This document shows positions 29,664 through 32,000 of a DNA stretch of 32,000 bases, piece by piece. The stretch is taken from the NCBI RefSeq assembly GCF_020885515.1, contig NZ_AP024987.1, positions 780,001 through 812,000 on the forward strand, written 5' to 3'. The notes under the pieces were generated by a model. It did no database searches. It was not told the origin of the DNA and saw only the letters and a program-made list of their open reading frames with translations. The stretch is from a cyanobacterium endosymbiont of Braarudosphaera bigelowii (lineage in GTDB: Bacteria > Cyanobacteriota > Cyanobacteriia > Cyanobacteriales > Microcystaceae). The translations under genes and the position numbers were made by a program. Within the stretch, counting starts at the first letter, position 1, and each line of letters opens with the position of its first letter.

Positions 29664-30643
29664 GAGTTAAAGATATTGGAGAACAGAAACTTCTAGAGAA
29701 AATAAAATCATTCTGTCCTAAAAGTCTTATTGGTGATGATGGAGCGGTTCTATCTATAGATCCTTTACAAAAAATAGTAGTTACGACTGATATCCTTGTT
29801 GACAGAGTTCATTTTAGTGATACAACAACTCCCCCTAGCGCGGTTGGGTGGCGTTCTATATCTGCAAACCTATCAGATTTAGCTGCCATGGGAGCTACTC
29901 CAGTTGCTATTACTATAGGGTTAGCGATACCTAAAGAATTACCAGTTGAATGGATAGAGTCCTTATATAGTGGAATAAATATATTATTGAATAAATATAA
30001 TATACCTATAATTGGAGGAGATGTTTGCTATTCTCCTACTAAGATAATTAGTATAACTGCTATAGGAAAGGTATATCCTAATCATGTTATTAAGCGCTCT
30101 ATCGCTAAACCAAATCAAGTAATTCTTGTTACAGGCCATCATGGAATGTCAAAAGCGGGGCTAGAATTGCTATCAAATTCTCATTTGAAAAAATATTTAG
30201 AGAAAGAAATACAACTTAAATTTATTAATGCTCATCAATATCCTGAACCTCGTTTAGATGTTTTACCTTATCTTAAAGATATTATGAAAACTCACAAAGT
30301 AGCAGGAATGGATAGTAGTGATGGGTTGGCAGATGCAATTATTCAAATATGTGAAATGAGTGGTGTTGGTGCAGAAATAGAACAGTCTAAAATTCCTATG
30401 ATAGATAAATTATCTAAATACATATCTAGAGAAGAAGCTTTAGAATGGGTTTTGTACGGGGGAGAAGATTTCGAATTAGTACTATGTTTACCTGAAGAAA
30501 TAGCTTTCAAATTACTTCATAAATTAGGAAAAGACGCTCATATCATTGGTAGAATAATTAAGGAAAAATCTATTACTTTACTTAAAGAAAATTCAGAGTG
30601 CTTGTTTCTAAAAACTTCTGGAGGATTCCAACATTTTTCTTAG
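29660..30643 (+). CDS. thiL: thiamine-monophosphate kinase
   Basis: 327 aa; IGDDGAVLSIDPLQKIVVTTDILVDRVHF, SANLSDLAAMGATPVAITIGLAIP, IIGGDVCYSPTKIISITAIG and GMDSSDGLADA. Start codon overlaps the preceding ABC permease gene by 4 nt (ATGA). Confidence 0.96.
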   Translation: MRVKDIGEQKLLEKIKSFCPKSLIGDDGAVLSIDPLQKIVVTTDILVDRVHFSDTTTPPSAVGWRSISANLSDLAAMGATPVAITIGLAIPKELPVEWIESLYSGINILLNKYNIPIIGGDVCYSPTKIISITAIGKVYPNHVIKRSIAKPNQVILVTGHHGMSKAGLELLSNSHLKKYLEKEIQLKFINAHQYPEPRLDVLPYLKDIMKTHKVAGMDSSDGLADAIIQICEMSGVGAEIEQSKIPMIDKLSKYISREEALEWVLYGGEDFELVLCLPEEIAFKLLHKLGKDAHIIGRIIKEKSITLLKENSECLFLKTSGGFQHFS

Positions 30644-30765
30644 TTATAAAACTTCCATATCGAAAAACTTAAAAGGTAAGGACAACAGAGAACTATATTG
30701 CCATTAAGAATATGAAAAATATCCCATTCTATACAATCGTAACGATTAATTTAATACTAAAAAAT

Positions 30766-31014
30766 ATGGAGATACAGGTAGGATTAGCGTTACCTCCTCC
30801 ACAAGACATTCCTGAAGAAATACTACGTCATGAAGTAATTACAGAGGGACGTTCTGAATTAACTGGAGAAGTTCTAAATTCTTTAGAATATGCCGAGATG
30901 CAAGAAAAGTTATCTAGAAGTTCTTATCATCCTGAAGTAAATACAAAACTAAAACATCTTGTATTTTTATTAAAAATTAGAAAGATGTTAAAAACTATTA
31001 TACCTATTTTATAA
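30766..31014 (+). CDS. hypothetical protein, resembles a small conserved cyanobacterial protein
   Basis: ORF 30712..31014; the likely start is the internal ATG (MEIQVGLALPPPQDIPEEILRHEVITEGRSELTGEVLNSLEYAEMQEKL...HLVFLLKIRKMLKTIIPIL). Confidence 0.7.
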   Translation: MEIQVGLALPPPQDIPEEILRHEVITEGRSELTGEVLNSLEYAEMQEKLSRSSYHPEVNTKLKHLVFLLKIRKMLKTIIPIL

Positions 31015-31105
31015 AAGATTTATTAGGACAATTATTTAAAAGTAGGCAGTTCTTTACTATAAATTTTATATAAAAAAATTATTTAAGGTAATCATAAAAG
31101 ATTAG

Positions 31106-32000
31106 TTATAGATTTGCATCAGCGTTTCTCCGCCAAGCCTTTGCTTTTATCCTTTTCAATGAAGAAGATGAAAATTTTTGCTGCCATTGTATCTCTGTAA
31201 GATTTGATATTTCTTCTAAATGAAGTGATATATTTCCAGGATAAGGATAAAAATCCTGAATGTTTGTCTCTTGAGAAAAGCGTTGATTCCAAGGACAGAC
31301 ATCTTGACAAAGATCACATCCGGCAACCCATCCATTTAGATTGTTTACTATATATTCAGGAAGATTTTCTGATTTATTTTCAATAGTATGGTAAGCAATA
31401 CAACGTCTAGAATCTACTACAAATGGACTAACAATAGCTTTCGTAGGACATATATCTATACATCGTCTACATGCACCACAATGTTTAACATGAGGAGTAT
31501 CACTAATTAAACTTAAGTTAGTTAGAACTACTCCTAAAAACACCCAACTACCAAATTCTTTAGTAATAATATTTCCGTTTTTGGCGATCCAGCCAATCCC
31601 TGAACGCTCTGCCCAAACTTTTTCTTGTATAGGTCCTGTATCAACGTAACAAACAGTCTTTATATTTTTCTTAGTTAACCATTTGCAGAAAAGCTTTAGC
31701 TTCTGCTTTAACACTTTATGATAATCTTTGCCCCAAGCATAACGAGAAACCTTACCATAATTTATATTATTTGAGTGCTTATGAGGAGTATAGTAATTTA
31801 AAGCAACAGTGATAACTGATCTGATATCTGGCATGCATTGAGTAATGTCAAAACGTTTAGGATTATTCATCCATGCCATATCTGCTTGATATCCTAAGGA
31901 TAGCCAATTTTGTAAATTATAAATAGCATTATCTTCATAAATTATATGAGGATTGGCGATACCTATTTTGTCAAATCCTATATCAAAAGCTTTATTCTTA
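31106..32000 (-). CDS. queG: epoxyqueuosine reductase, 5' end outside window
   Basis: VITVALNYYTP, VCYVDTGPIQEKVWAERSGIGWIAKNGNIITKEFGSWVFLGV, [4Fe-4S] motifs CGACRRCIDICPTKAI and CDLCQDVCPWN. The frame stays open to the window edge (KNKAFDIGFDKIGIANPHIIYEDNAIYNLQNWLSLGYQADMAWM). Confidence 0.96.
   Translation of the reverse strand, partial: KNKAFDIGFDKIGIANPHIIYEDNAIYNLQNWLSLGYQADMAWMNNPKRFDITQCMPDIRSVITVALNYYTPHKHSNNINYGKVSRYAWGKDYHKVLKQKLKLFCKWLTKKNIKTVCYVDTGPIQEKVWAERSGIGWIAKNGNIITKEFGSWVFLGVVLTNLSLISDTPHVKHCGACRRCIDICPTKAIVSPFVVDSRRCIAYHTIENKSENLPEYIVNNLNGWVAGCDLCQDVCPWNQRFSQETNIQDFYPYPGNISLHLEEISNLTEIQWQQKFSSSSLKRIKAKAWRRNADANL

Noticed and set aside
1-32000. CRISPR arrays, defence islands, transposases, prophage or reverse transcriptase
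   Set aside because: I saw no regularly spaced direct repeats and no recognisable proteins of these classes; every long ORF is a housekeeping or metabolic gene.

Overview
The window is an AT-rich (roughly one third GC by eye) cyanobacterial chromosomal region. It resembles the Crocosphaera/Cyanothece-type lineage undergoing genome reduction; that taxonomic placement is inference. I can support about 23 protein-coding genes, two of which are cut by the window edges. Intact genes cover about 74% of the window, which is low for a bacterium. They include pgi, lpxC, a bamA/Omp85 homolog, a nagB-like gene, an MFS transporter, exoD-like, ddl, dnaE C-terminal half, a THUMP-domain RNA methyltransferase, a GT4 glycosyltransferase, a sugar transferase, queA, uvrA, cmk, class II fba, a CobT-family protein, ssb, ppa, ndhM, an ABC permease, thiL and queG. 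The most notable feature is the DnaE C-terminal gene. It begins with a 36-aa C-terminal split-intein fragment fused directly to a CFNKSHSTAYAY... C-extein, so this is a trans-splicing DnaE. Several long gaps contain decaying genes: a family 2 glycosyltransferase relic (about 13310-14185) next to intact exopolysaccharide-type genes, an iron-containing alcohol/glycerol dehydrogenase-family relic (about 25510-26539), and a small membrane protein gene with an in-frame TGA (16804-17175). Several convergent gene pairs are separated by strong hairpins, including a 20-bp perfect stem between pgi and lpxC. I found no tRNA, rRNA, CRISPR array or intact mobile element, and no clear undescribed multi-gene system.
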